Shown: positions 35,398 to 45,668 of the stretch, one piece after another
How positions within the stretch are numbered: position 1 is the first letter of the stretch
Layout of the letters: each line of letters opens with the position of its first letter
Source: Diadema antillarum
Lineage: Eukaryota
Length of the DNA: 64,000 nt
Assembly (NCBI RefSeq): GCF_040938485.1
Contig: NW_027272591.1
Location: 248,001 to 312,000 of the forward strand
Direction: 5' to 3'
Made by a program: the position numbers and the translations under genes
The notes under the pieces: generated by a model
What the model was told of the DNA's origin: nothing
Database searches by the model: none
The model's input: only the letters and a program-made list of their open reading frames with translations

Positions 35398-37856
35398 TTC
35401 CCCTTTTCTCTGAGCTTTGTGGTTGTTAAAGAAATTTGAGATACAGCGTGAAAGGGAATGAAGTCCTGTGTGTATTGATATACACTGTACAATGTATGTA
35501 TGTCCTTCCTTATAGGATTTAACATTTCAGTGTATCTTCAAAGGAGTACCCGTACTAGCATACAGTGTATATGCTGTTATCTAGCCATTCACTTGTGAAG
35601 GCTTACATGTAGGTTGTTCTTAGATCAGATCTGCACGAGTTGCATCTCCATCACGTATGTTCATCCAATTGTCTCGATATTCCCCTGTCAACCATCATCG
35701 TGCTTGTGCAAACTGTGCGTGTGTGTCACAAGCCTAAAATTAGCATATCATTGTTGTTGTTTTTTCAACAGAAAAATATTTGAAAGCTCAGTGCATAATA
35801 CGCTTTGTGTGTTTTTGAATAGCGCATTTTGTATCTGCTTTCAATGTAATGACACCTCTCATTCAGTACCATCTTACCTGTGTTAACGTAGAGTTACACA
35901 TGAAGACAACTTTTTTTTTTTTGCCTGTATCATAAAGAAGTAGAATAAATCACTCATATACCGTACGAGCTGAAATTGTCGCGGTGGTTTTATTTTCGCG
36001 AATTTTGCGAATCGCCTTTGAACCACAAAAATAACAACCCGCCGAAAATAACAACGCGCGAATAGCTAAGTTCAGTTAGACCCTCGCAACCGCGAAAATG
36101 TCCTTCAAGTAGCAATTCGCGAGAATATCTGTACGTGAAAATTTCAGCTCGTACAGTATTCAGTGTCTTTATGATACTTTTTCAACAAATGTTATCCACG
36201 GCAGCACAGAATTGGTTTGGGCTGGCCTGGGGGGTGTTTCATAAAGTTGTTCTTAAAGGTACGGTCCGCAGTACCGGTTAAGGTGGGAATTCATGTTTTG
36301 AACATTCCTAAGTGAGATGATGAGAAACCTCTTACAAAATATGAAAGAGCATGTAATTTTAAGAAGGATTCAACATTTATTTGATGAAAATTGGTTTTCA
36401 AATGGCTGAGATATCCCAAAAAGTGATAATAATAAAAGGCGACAGGCCATGCCTTTTATTAGGATCTCTTTGTTTCACCTTGTTTTTGGATGTCTCAGCC
36501 ATCTCAAAACCGATTTTCATCAAATAAACGTCTGATACCCCTAAGAATTGCATGCTCTTTGACATCTCATAGAATGGTTTCTGAATATCTCGCGTAACGT
36601 TAAAAGCTAAATCCTCACCTCAACCAGAACTGTACCCACCCTTTAAAGGTACGAATGTCTTAAAGAAGGACTGGTAATCGGTTCTTGTGCTGCAAATAGC
36701 ACATCAGAACGTGTTCCAGTCGTTCTTAAGTCGTTCGTAACTTTAAGAACAGCTTTATGAAACACCTCCCTGGTAAATTAGCAATCCATAATGCAGGCAT
36801 AACAATGAAATTTCAGGTAAAGTTTCAATAAGTAGGTGCAGTGAAAGCTTGTCATCTTTTTCTCTTTTTTTTTTCCCTGGGCAAAGAAACTAATAATGCA
36901 AATGACGCCATCAGCGTGGTGTAATAGTGTCAAATATTGCTGCTAAATTGACCACTTACATTGGTGTAGTGCACAAGTTAATGCTTTTTTAAGTGATGCA
37001 AATGACTTTTGCCATTGACCCTGTGCTATGTGAGAGACGATAACATACAGACTTAACAAGAAAGAAACACATTGCCTGCAATTCCTTGGATATTTCATCC
37101 ATTGTTGAGAAAGTTGCAAAGTGTACAATGGAGTGACTGTTGCTATTATTTCTCACAAAGCATGCAAGTCACGGATGCCATAAAACATGCTTTAAAAGTG
37201 TATAATATACACTACTTAATATGTGTACAGTAATTCTGTATATCTGTTGTCGCCTTAATTGCAGGATACATTGATTTATATCGCATGCTGTTCATGCAAT
37301 GATTAGAAAAATTAACTGTCTGCTATATACCATTAGCTACACGTACAAGTGTACCTCAAGATGGGCAAACTGTGATTTTTCATATGATTGTGATGCAATA
37401 TGCAGATGTATCCTTTGACTTACATTGACCTGACAATAGGTAGTCTATTTGGCAAAGGGTCTGTCTGACAGTTGAAAGGAAATGATAAATGTCATGGAAT
37501 AAGATGTACATGTAATATGCCCAGTGCATTTTGGATTTATTGGAGCTCTTTTACAGTGTTTGTTAACATGGATGTAATGAAGAGTTTTGATGTGTTTTGG
37601 TGAGATTAGGTGAGATGTGATTGCTCATCAAGATATCTAAAATTATTTAATTGTATGGATTAGTGTCCATATATATTTCTTTACATGTCACAAAAGATTG
37701 ATTATTAGTAAACTCCTTTTATTGATGAATGTTTGATGCATGGCATTATTCCTGTATTTATGTTGCTATCAATTTTCTTCCAATTTTCTTATTTTTATAG
37801 AGAAAGATGAAGAGATTACACCACCTGAGGAAGAAAAGCAGGAGAAGGAGGAATAA
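19497..37856 (+). CDS. TTC25: TTC25/ODAD4 outer dynein arm docking complex subunit 4 (TPR protein), spliced gene span
   Basis: Exons 19497-19619 (or 21449-21580), 22613-22744, 23429-23582, 24256-24317, 25239-25419, 26900-27121, 27713-27920, 28519-28802, 29311-29550, 31166-31351, then 34446-34576 and/or 37801-37856. Phases are consistent. Signature motifs recognised from TTC25: DKNCLVARSKC, FRLGIQKAQEAIDNSIGSPS, KLENKGDLSF, QLLGELYADKEYL, FWRQQKPMYAR, SRALDNLGRV, WQLNASVL. Confidence 0.92.
21449..21580 (+). CDS. TTC25: TTC25 putative alternative first coding exon 1b
   Basis: MMDEYVDPALEREEQLKLLQSYIGEAEDHMRKRDYRRAMEGYNL aligns without gaps to the exon 1a helix. Donor TTA|GTATGT, phase 0. In-frame TGA at 21416-21418 upstream and no phase-0 acceptor seen. 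Confidence 0.7.
22613..22744 (+). CDS. TTC25: TTC25 exon 2
   Basis: ttaccag|ALEIEPTDKNCLVARSKCHLQLGDSKAALKDAEAALEDDEKYIK|gtattc. Confidence 0.93.
23429..23582 (+). CDS. TTC25: TTC25 exon 3
   Basis: gacag|GLYHKAEALYQMGDFEMGLVFYHRGNKLRPELQEFRLGIQKAQEAIDNSIG|gtgagt. Confidence 0.94.
24256..24317 (+). CDS. TTC25: TTC25 exon 4
   Basis: cccag|(S)PSKVKLENKGDLSFFTKQDE|gtaagc. Confidence 0.92.
24601..25159. mobile_element. TTAA-flanked foldback MITE with long (about 220 bp) inverted arms, TTC25 intron 4
   Basis: TTAA|AGGGAATGCAAACCCAAAGAGCAATGTGG ... CCACATTGCTCTTTGGGTTTACCTTCCCT|TTAA. The arms pair through the motif GGAACCGCTGGATGAGGAGACTACTAGAGGTTATGAC. Confidence 0.85.
25239..25419 (+). CDS. TTC25: TTC25 exon 5
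   Basis: gccag|AKSKKPARMG...KKTAKQLLGELYADKEYLDMLLRDD|gtaagt. Confidence 0.92.
25933..26052. repeat. Short inverted-repeat element
   Basis: TCGTCGGTTGAGAATGATAAGGGC (25946-25969) pairs with GCCCTTCTCATTCTCAACAGACGA (26012-26035). Confidence 0.55.
26900..27121 (+). CDS. TTC25: TTC25 exon 6
   Basis: gtcag|(D)LTRADTDSGNRIYDLVNEGLQYLDTRTEFWRQQKPMYAR...KYILKNLEDIDA|gtaagg. Confidence 0.93.
27139..27357. repeat. (GGTGAT)n/(GAT)n/(GAG)n low-complexity repeat at the start of TTC25 intron 6
   Basis: Direct reading. Confidence 0.93.
27713..27920 (+). CDS. TTC25: TTC25 exon 7
   Basis: tccag|(A)LADGRPRDALRQAQKVL...ANLHSCIGNAYLDMGK...HQRDLDISKD|gtgagt, phase 2. Confidence 0.93.
28519..28802 (+). CDS. 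TTC25: TTC25 exon 8
   Basis: aataaaag|(N)DNEEGRSRALDNLGRVYARIGKF...TWLYHEIGRCHLELG...WQLNASVLIAQSE|gtaccg. Confidence 0.9.
29311..29550 (+). CDS. TTC25: TTC25 exon 9
   Basis: tttcag|(V)KLGDLQEAIESFERALEMAK...AQKAISKALEDLNEKIVQGL...EEE|gtgagt. Confidence 0.92.
29656..29819. mobile_element. PIF/Harbinger-like MITE, TTC25 intron 9
   Basis: GAGCCCCGTTTCATGA ... TTATGAAATGGGGCCC TIRs. Core GTCATGGTAACGACAAAAATCCAGCATCCTGATTGGCTGTTAC is shared with about 43790-43840 and about 61600-61720. Confidence 0.6.
30193..30585. mobile_element. Truncated relative of the 24601-25159 foldback element
   Basis: Shares AGTTTGAGGAAAATTGGACAATCC..AAAAGTTATGAATTTTTAAAG and CTGGATGAGAAGACTACTA / TAGTAGTTCTCTCATCCAG. 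Confidence 0.6.
30832..31041. mobile_element. TA-flanked MITE (Tc1/mariner-type termini)
   Basis: TA|CTGTAAAAGTGGATATTTTCGCG ... CGCGAAGATTTCCACTTTTACAG|TA. Confidence 0.75.
31166..31351 (+). CDS. TTC25: TTC25 exon 10 (Glu/Lys-rich tail), boundaries less certain
   Basis: The only phase-1 acceptor found is ccttccaaaag|. Encodes (A)PRVHRGIKISSQQKEEEANDAEVDVGQAKEEEKPEEAEVPQQKEDDVQQKEEEKEEKAKAD, then G|gtgaag. Confidence 0.65.
34055..34208. mobile_element. PIF/Harbinger-like MITE, TTC25 intron 10
   Basis: CTG|GGGGGTGTTTCATCAA ... TTGATGAAACACCCTC|CAG, internal TGTCAGC.CTGACAA palindromes and central GATTGGCT. Confidence 0.7.
34446..34576 (+). CDS. TTC25: TTC25 Ser/Arg-rich exon (terminal, or internal via a GC donor)
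   Basis: cacgcag|(D)SRSSSRSSKSKASSRSSSRSSHRSRKKSGSSSSDDESKKDGK*. Phase 1, GC-rich codon-like composition in an AT-rich intron. Confidence 0.65.
35354..35394. repeat. (CTGT)n microsatellite
   Basis: Direct reading. Confidence 0.95.
35961..36156. mobile_element. TA-flanked MITE (Tc1/mariner-type termini)
   Basis: TA|CCGTACGAGCTGAAATT ... AATTTCAGCTCGTACAG|TA, with repeated TTCGCG/CGCGAA. Confidence 0.75.
36230..36769. mobile_element. PIF/Harbinger-like MITE containing a nested TTAA element
   Basis: CTG|GGGGGTGTTTCATAAAG ... CTTTATGAAACACCTCC|CTG, perfect 3-bp TSD. Confidence 0.75.
36257..36642. mobile_element. Kolobok-like TTAA MITE nested in the Harbinger-like MITE
   Basis: TTAA at 36253-36256 and 36643-36646. 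Internal TTTTCAAATGGCTGAGATATC / TCTCAGCCATCTCAAAACCG as in 1494-1847. Confidence 0.75.
37801..37856 (+). CDS. TTC25: TTC25 acidic terminal exon
   Basis: Strong acceptor aattttcttccaattttcttatttttatag|(E)KDEEITPPEEEKQEKEE*, phase 1. AATAAA at 38373-38378 downstream. Confidence 0.7.
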
Positions 37857-40003
37857 ACCACAAGAGAGACTACACAAACATTTGCCAGACAAGTCCCTAG
37901 ATTTTCGATTGGAAACAATGTTGGAATATATTATACAGTCACAAGAACATATTGGACCAAACTCTGCCGTGCTCGACATCATCTACAGCTGTACATCAAT
38001 AGTTTGAACACCGGGGAATGCTGGTGTAGCTTCGAGTCCGGTGTAGAAAGCATGAAGGAATGTACTGGATGGACTGGTTGCTGTATTCTGGATGATATGC
38101 AATGAGTTTATTGTGTATTTGAAAACATGCTGGTTTCTTTTTATCTTTCTTTCTTTTTTTTTACGCATCAGCAAACAAAGATCCATTTGCCAGGAACTGA
38201 CTAGCAAGACCACGTTCTGCAAAATCACATAACCCTTTATTATCATAAGCAGTAGTATTATTAATTTGGAATTATTCGAAGGATCCAGCTCAGACGAATT
38301 GTGTTAGCTTGTATATACATAGTACATATTACATTTTGCAGTTTAAATTGCCACGGTTCTTTCAAGCAGTACAATAAACGAAGTCTTCAGTGTGTTGGGG
38401 CATGTTACACAAAAAGACAGTTTTTGTTTTTTAAATCCATGCTTCATTGTAGTAACTCACGCTATTAGAGCAACTACCACTGCATTGTGGAATATCAGGT
38501 CTCATGCGATACAAAGTCAACATGGTACGATGTAATTACTGTTTTTGTGGTATACTTGAACCCATCAGGACTACATTATATGACCAACCAGCTGTCTTTA
38601 TTCAAACTTTCCAGATACTTATAGTAAATTTGCAAGAGAACTTTTTATTGTTGTCATTTCTCATACATCCCATACTTCCGGTTTGAAACTTTTAAAAAGT
38701 TTGGAAACCAGTCAGTGTGAAGTTGAAAGTAAATCACAGCACCCTTCATGCCATTCTTCTGTTACATCCCAACTTGTAGCCCATTACCGATTATGGTGTG
38801 TTTATGCAATTCATTCCTCTCTACAATTTCCTTCACACCTTGATGTATACAACACTCGTACTTCAAAAAGTTGTAGTTTTGTTTAGGACACGACTCTGTG
38901 ACAACAATGAACACGTCACAAATGGGAATGTCGAAATATACGTATTAAATGTTTATTCAACGTGAAATGTGTGTAAATACTGTAAAATTGTACATACGAC
39001 ATGAAATCATGCTTATGGTTTGAATAATCGATGCCTTCTGTACTTTGTAAGTCTGTTGATTGTACAATTTTTGTACACAGCAAAATTTTATCCAAAAGGT
39101 ATTCACTTTGATACAAGTCAGCACTGTGTATACAGTGTATCCTACTACAGTGGACTTTCATGAACTCCAATGAAATTACCTTGGTACATGTACACTTTTA
39201 TATAAAAAATTTGCTATGTTAGGGTAATTAAAAAACATTAAGATAAATCAAAACGAAACATTAAACTTAGGGGCAAAGGAATTACTTTGTTATAAATAAA
39301 AGATTGTTATACATGTATCGTTGTTTATCCAATGAGAGTCCACTATATTACTAAGTTTGTGGAAAGTCTCCATTTTAGTGCATATGGCTACAGAAGGACA
39401 GATTATCCAACTAAAAAGGAAGAAAATAAAAGGGTGTGCTTGTTGCAGACCAGGAAAGGAGTATTATGATGATGAATATACTCTGTGGAACCTGGAAATA
39501 TGACATTATACATGTACACGTACAAACATATCGGTCAATTTCATGCATCTCGTCCCCTGAAATATCACATTAAAAAATGAGTTGAAGTTTAGTAAAAGCT
39601 TTAAACTGTATCCTGATTTGATATTTCACTCAGGTGTACATACTGTATCATGTTAAAAACTGTATACGGCATAATATTTAATATCAAGTCTAATTTCACG
39701 TAAATTGAGACTTCCTGCAATTTCATGAGTGGTTTAATTTGCAGTCGAGGAGTACAGCAGTGGACTGAGAATTCTACAAATGCATATCACATTGAGATTA
39801 GAAATAGAGGGAAATCCTAGTGTGCTCTTCAATTCGAGAATAACACCCAACTCGCTAACTTTTCCAAAACAATTAACCCTTGCAAATATATATATGGCAT
39901 ATGTAGTATTGCATCAGATGAACTTTGACCATTCTTCAAAAGACACCACTGGCTTGTGTCTGACTGTACCTCTAACAAATAAAGCCCCAGTACATAGCCT
40001 TAA

Positions 40004-40088
40004 CCCGCTGAGAACTAGTCCCGAGAATACTTGGGCAAGTGTCTATGGGAAATGTGTGCTGTAGCAAAATCATCCTGTTCTCATCAGG
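40004..40088. mobile_element. Mini piggyBac-like MITE (about 85 bp), copy 1
   Basis: TTAA|CCCGCTGAGAACTAGTCCCGAGAATACTTGGGCAAGTGTCTATGGGAAATGTGTGCTGTAGCAAAATC. Homologous to 50273-50357, 50615-50706 and 56956-57039. Confidence 0.7.
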
Positions 40089-41276
40089 CTAACAGAGGGT
40101 GTAACAAAGTATATGTAAAATGGAATTGTGCATCATTAGACTTAAATCTTTCAACTGTTTATACTCACACCTAACAAAGTAAAATCAAAAGAAGAATACA
40201 ATAATAACACACAAAATGTTGGATACTGATTAGACACATTAACCAGACAAATTTCAATTTAATCTCTGTCTTATGGCTCTGCCAGAGATCATAAATTTTG
40301 ATACAGTTGTACAATGTATGATGCTAAAGCCAACTGGTATCAATTCTTGAGGCACAGCAAAAATTATACTTTATGGACTTGATACTCAGAGTCCAAGTAT
40401 ATTTCACAGTTTGATACTGAGCAAAAGAGTGTTCAAGCCTTTGATGATTTTGTTATGTAAAGTCTACTTCAGAAGGGATGTTCAAAAAGTTTCCAGATGA
40501 TTTCTACTCTGACCTTCATTTTAATTTCACTTTTGTGTTGTCCTTCCCTGGTGTAAAGAAATGAAGTTGCCTTGTATTTACACTATGAGTGTATCTCATT
40601 GTATCTATTCTCTTTCTTACTGTATAAATCTATTATATGACCGTCCATTCAATAAAATGTTTGATACTCATACTGAAATGTTGTCACTGGCGTGTTCAGT
40701 TTTCACTGGCCTCTCTGCATGTTCAGACTGCAAAGATATTGATGTAGGCATGTACCTTCAAGCAAAAAGCACCCCGTAAAAGTCACAATCATCTTTACAA
40801 GACTTTATCAAGGAAATGCACCATAGAAAATAAACTATGAATTACTTTACAATTGCATGAGCGGAGGCTACAGCTGCAAATATTGCATATCTGTGACAGC
40901 TGCTTATCTTTTGCTGACATGTATCATCATTTTCATATTAAAGTGACATTACGCTGTAGAACTGGCAATCACCCCAGTAGGCTACAACAAAGTCAATGCA
41001 CTGAATAATCAATACATATTACAAACAACACTTTTTTTTTTCCACTGGTAGTTTGTTGCTTTTGTACAGCAGAGAGAGAGAGAAACAAAAAATACACAAC
41101 ATCTGCACATCTCTAACATGTTTCCATATTTGATCAATTTACACATCGAAAAAAAAAAAAATTGTCACTTCTTAAGTATGTTTCCATAATACTGAGCTGT
41201 TACTGAATAAATACTTTTCCTGAATTGACTTGAGCTGAATAATCAACTGAAACAAGTACATCACAGTATCATAATT

Positions 41277-41952
41277 ATATGTGACCTGCTACAACAAAAG
41301 GATCCGAAAGTCGGGGAATGACAATTTTCTGAAAATTACATAACCTTATTCCCTCATTCTTCTACTCTATTTTCATATATTTCATGACTCCTAAAAGTAC
41401 TCAGTTGCAGAGATACATGTATCGATGAATTGTTAGCGCATGTTGAGTGGTTTAGGCAATCTGCGTTTCGAGAAAACCAATTTCAAAGTTTTCCTTCCGA
41501 CTCTATCATGATCAAGGGGAGGCCAGACAGTTTTCACCTCTTGACGATAGAAGGCATGCTCGTAGAAACCTCCGCGATGTTCATTCAAGCTTAGAACAGC
41601 GGGCTACACACGACCAATCAGTAATGGGTGCCATGCACTGACCAATAAGATCACTCAACTGTTGATAGGAGCGGAGTCTAGCTGCAGAGCTAAATCCAAA
41701 TCTTCGGACACGTTTCTGTTCTGTTGAAAGTTGGAAAATCATGGCCCAGAAAAACGCTAATTTCTTGCCTTTCCTTTGATCATTTAGCTTCGAAATTTCG
41801 GCAGATGATAGACGATACATGATACTACAAAATTATACCAAAAAGAAAAATCCGGTGGTTTTGACCGATCTCGATGATCCCACTTCAAACCCGATTTTCT
41901 CGGCTCAGCTGTCAGCAACTTTAGGATCCTTTTGTTGTGGCGGGTCACATAT
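41277..41952. mobile_element. TIR element with about 30-bp TIRs and a CpG-rich, double-CCAAT core
   Basis: ATATGTGACCTGCTACAACAAAAGGATCCGAAAGT ... ACTTTAGGATCCTTTTGTTGTGGCGGGTCACATAT. No coding capacity recognised. Confidence 0.7.
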
Positions 41953-42586
41953 TATACATTCTGTACAAATGGATACCTGGTTTATGTATGAAGTAATCCA
42001 CTTTACAATGAGCTAAAACTTGGATTCTGGTTCCACTTCAACTGTTGGAACATCGTGCAAGATTCATGATTTTACAGCATCTATTTTAAGTTGTGGCAAG
42101 AACATGGTGCTTGATCACTTTTCTTTGCACCATAATGAAATATATCGTATCAATAAATTTGTCGTAAGATCGCAAAACCTGCACAATATAATGTCACAAA
42201 ATTTAAGGCTTCTGTTCTGCAAAATCTTGAGAGGACTTCCTAACAGCTCTTAAAGAGAGCCTTGACTATTGATCACATGTACTGGCTTGCTTTCATATAA
42301 CGTAGATGATGAGAAAAATATGCACCACATATCATAAAACACACATACATACATGTATGTTCAATTGAGGTCAGATTCTCACAAAACAGATTATGAACTT
42401 TAGAATGATGAACAACTTGTATCTCTAGGAATGTTGCTACTGAGGAAAGAGGTCTTTGAACAGGCCATTGAAGCACACAGGACTCAAATTTGATTGCACA
42501 CAAAGGGAAATTCACCTTACTCTATTGCATCACTCTGCATGAAGGCATTATCAAATTACCCAGAAAATTTCCATAATGCTCTTTAA

Positions 42587-43367
42587 CCCTAACTAGGCCG
42601 GGCCATTTAGGTAGATGATAGAGCCGGGGGGGCGCCTCCCAGGCCCCCCCCCCCCCCCCCACCCTCCCATCCGGTTCTCGGCCGTCGACCGCACGATCGC
42701 GACGAAAATTGGCACACGCATTGCCTATGATGTAATCTAAAAATTCCATGAAGTTAATTTTTTCAAAAATTATCATTTACACTAAATTATGCTAATTTAT
42801 GCATAATGATGCATGAAATCAGACAATTTGGTTTAAATCACTAAATAAAGCTCAAAACAGGCACATTTTTGGTGTAAATATTCTTTTTAGTGTCCTTAGC
42901 AAATGTAAGAGAAAAAATTGCACAATCAGAAAAATTTTCCTAAGTATTTTACTGTTTTTTGAATTTCTTATGTATTTCTTTGTTTTTCGACTTTATGTTT
43001 TTCATTGTTTTTTCAATGAAATTTGTCTGTGACATTGTTCCGAACAAGAAATTGCATTATTAATTGATTTTCATCAATAAACCCCCAAAATAATCATGCT
43101 TTTATGAAATTTGCCTGTAAACACAGTTTGCATTGAAATTGTACACAAATTCATGTTTTTGAGCAATTTTTGGTCTGACATGCACGTGCATATTTATGCG
43201 CAACTTCGGAACCGCGCACCCGGGCATCGCAAATTTGGTGTCAAAAGATGCGGGAGACTCGAAAGAAAAACGTCATGAAACGTCGCGGCGATGGCTTCTC
43301 GCGATAGCGATACATCGCGCGAAACGTCGAGGGGGGGCCTCAGAGGCCCCCCCCGGCCTAGTTAGGG
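42587..43367. mobile_element. Non-autonomous piggyBac-like element
   Basis: TTAA|CCCTAACTAGGCCGGG ... CCCGGCCTAGTTAGGG|TTAA: perfect 16-bp TIRs, intact TTAA TSD, CpG-rich subterminal regions and AT-rich centre. Confidence 0.88.
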
Positions 43368-45635
43368 TTAAAACATATTACACTACTGATTGTTGTGTTG
43401 TTGGTTGGTGTTTTCTTCTTTTTTTTTCTCATGAATATAACTGACTATTTGAATTCAAAAGTTTTGTGGAGTTTTCACTTGATGTACCTTATGGACTTAA
43501 AAAAAAGTAATTATTGAGTAGTAGTAATGTCACAATCCAAAACAGGCCTTGAAACACTTTTACTCCATTCAATACCCCCAAACTTGAAATCAAACTGATA
43601 TGGATTATTGAAAAGGGAAAAAAAATAGATTGAAAAATACATGTTGTGGTAATACAGAAAAATATATATTATGTGGTAATATAACATTGCAAGTTCATAA
43701 AAAAAACGTAATTCCAGACCTTCTGGGAACTTACCATCAGGTAATTTGGTCATGCACAATCAGAACTGCAGCTGAAATAGTAACAACTGAAATACCAGCC
43801 TCTGATTGGCTGTTGCCATGCTGCTACCATGGAAACTGTAATTATTGTTGGGTGCAACTGACATTAAGTTGTTTATACACCACAGCCATGTGTTAAAATA
43901 TAGATAAAAATATACTGTGTCACTTGCAACTGCTAGAGTGATCCTACAAGGTACAATCATTTAATCTGTCTTAGCCCATCATGTTCTGGGGAATTTTGTT
44001 GCAGAAATAATCACTGTGCCATTGTCAAATTGGCAACTCAGAATGTCACAGCATACATGTACCTGATATTGATGGGGTAAAGTTACATGGAAGTGGTTTG
44101 ATAAATTCATAAGACATCTGCACAAAATCAGAGAGACAATAACAGCTTTGCCAATTTGAGAGAGGAATGGAACTTCAATCTTCCAAGCTGTGTTGAAAAC
44201 CTGAAGACTCTATCATAAAGTAGCAATTACATTTTTTTTTTTTTTTTTTTTTTTGGGGGGGGGGGGGGGGGGGAGAATTCTGCACGGAACCAAAACAGAA
44301 TTATATATGAATAACAAACAACACTGAATCTGAAGAAATGCTACCAGCGAAGAGTAAAATTAATGATTAGGCCCTTTAAAAAGATAAGCACCAAACCACA
44401 TGCACATGATTGTGGCTCGCGGGACTCGAGCAGTTAAAATGCTACCTGTCAGCTGCAGTAATAAGGCCAAGTGGCGAGGACATGTTCATAATATGTAGAG
44501 AAGGGCTGTGCTGTTGGGCACTGCGTACAATGATCATGTGTACAGCCGTACATCGTCCCGGGAGTGACAACACCTTGTATCTCAATTGGCATACCTGGTG
44601 TATAAAAAACCTCCTAACTCAATTTTTAATATATAGAAAAATAGGGGCTAGTGATTTGAACAGTTATCAATGTAATCCAAAACAATATTTTCATACTTTT
44701 TTTAATGTCAACATTGATAGAATTTTGTGAAAATTTTGCAACAAAAAAAAAATGACAATTGAAAATTCATATCTTTGAAATATGACATCTTGTCACCCAA
44801 TGGACGACATGCCAATAAATGCAGCCAAGCAAAACTAATGATGTATCGGTAACAAACAGTTAAGATATTACTCTTCAGCAGCCACTGATGCACGAGTTTC
44901 CTGAGAACGATGAACTTGCATCAAACTGCAAAAGATGGAACTGATCTGCATAGATTTTTGCTGTCAATTAAAAGAGGAAATACTGTTTGGACAGCACAAT
45001 TATTTGCATCCTTCTGTAAAGCACCTATTTATGAGTATGATTTATATTGCACGCAAATTAAAATTGATATGCACACAGAGTATTAGGACCTGAACAACTG
45101 ACTTCACAGCTATTACCACCAGTCCTCTGTGATGTTCACTTATTGATATAAATGACCATTTTTGCATTGATTATTGCTTACTTTGATTTGGATATCTGTA
45201 AATCCACAGGTTGACTCTGAAGGTACAGTGTACCTGTACTTCTTCTCCGACTGATTGCCAGCTTTTCGTTCTTTCCTTTACAATGATCACTTTGTATTTT
45301 CCTGCTAATATGAGAAGCATAACACAAAATTAAAATGAATTTGTTCCCTGCAGTGCAGTAGATGCAGAAGAGCTAAGTGAAGGGGGAAAAAAAGAAGAAG
45401 AGATATTTGTGCTTGGTCCTACATACTGCACTTTGTGTTTGCTGAACAGCTCTTGTCAAATCCGGGAACTGACTGATCAGCTGACACAATGTTGAGGCAA
45501 CCTCGCTCAATGGGTTCCGATTGACATGTTGGCATGCTAGTACTTGACAAGTTCTTCAACAAATCCCTAGCTCCACGACAATGATGTGTCGTGAGAGAGT
45601 GTGCCTGGTTTGTTGTGAGAGGACTGCAGGCTGTC

Positions 45636-45668
45636 CTACCTCCACACTCCAAAAGTCTTGTCAAACAC
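45636..45668 (-). CDS. PRMT2: PRMT2 exon 10 (terminal)
   Basis: tcttttatgcag|VFDKTFGVWR*, resembling the PRMT2 C-terminal F-x-x-W-R. Confidence 0.85.
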   Translation of the reverse strand: MFDKTFGVWR

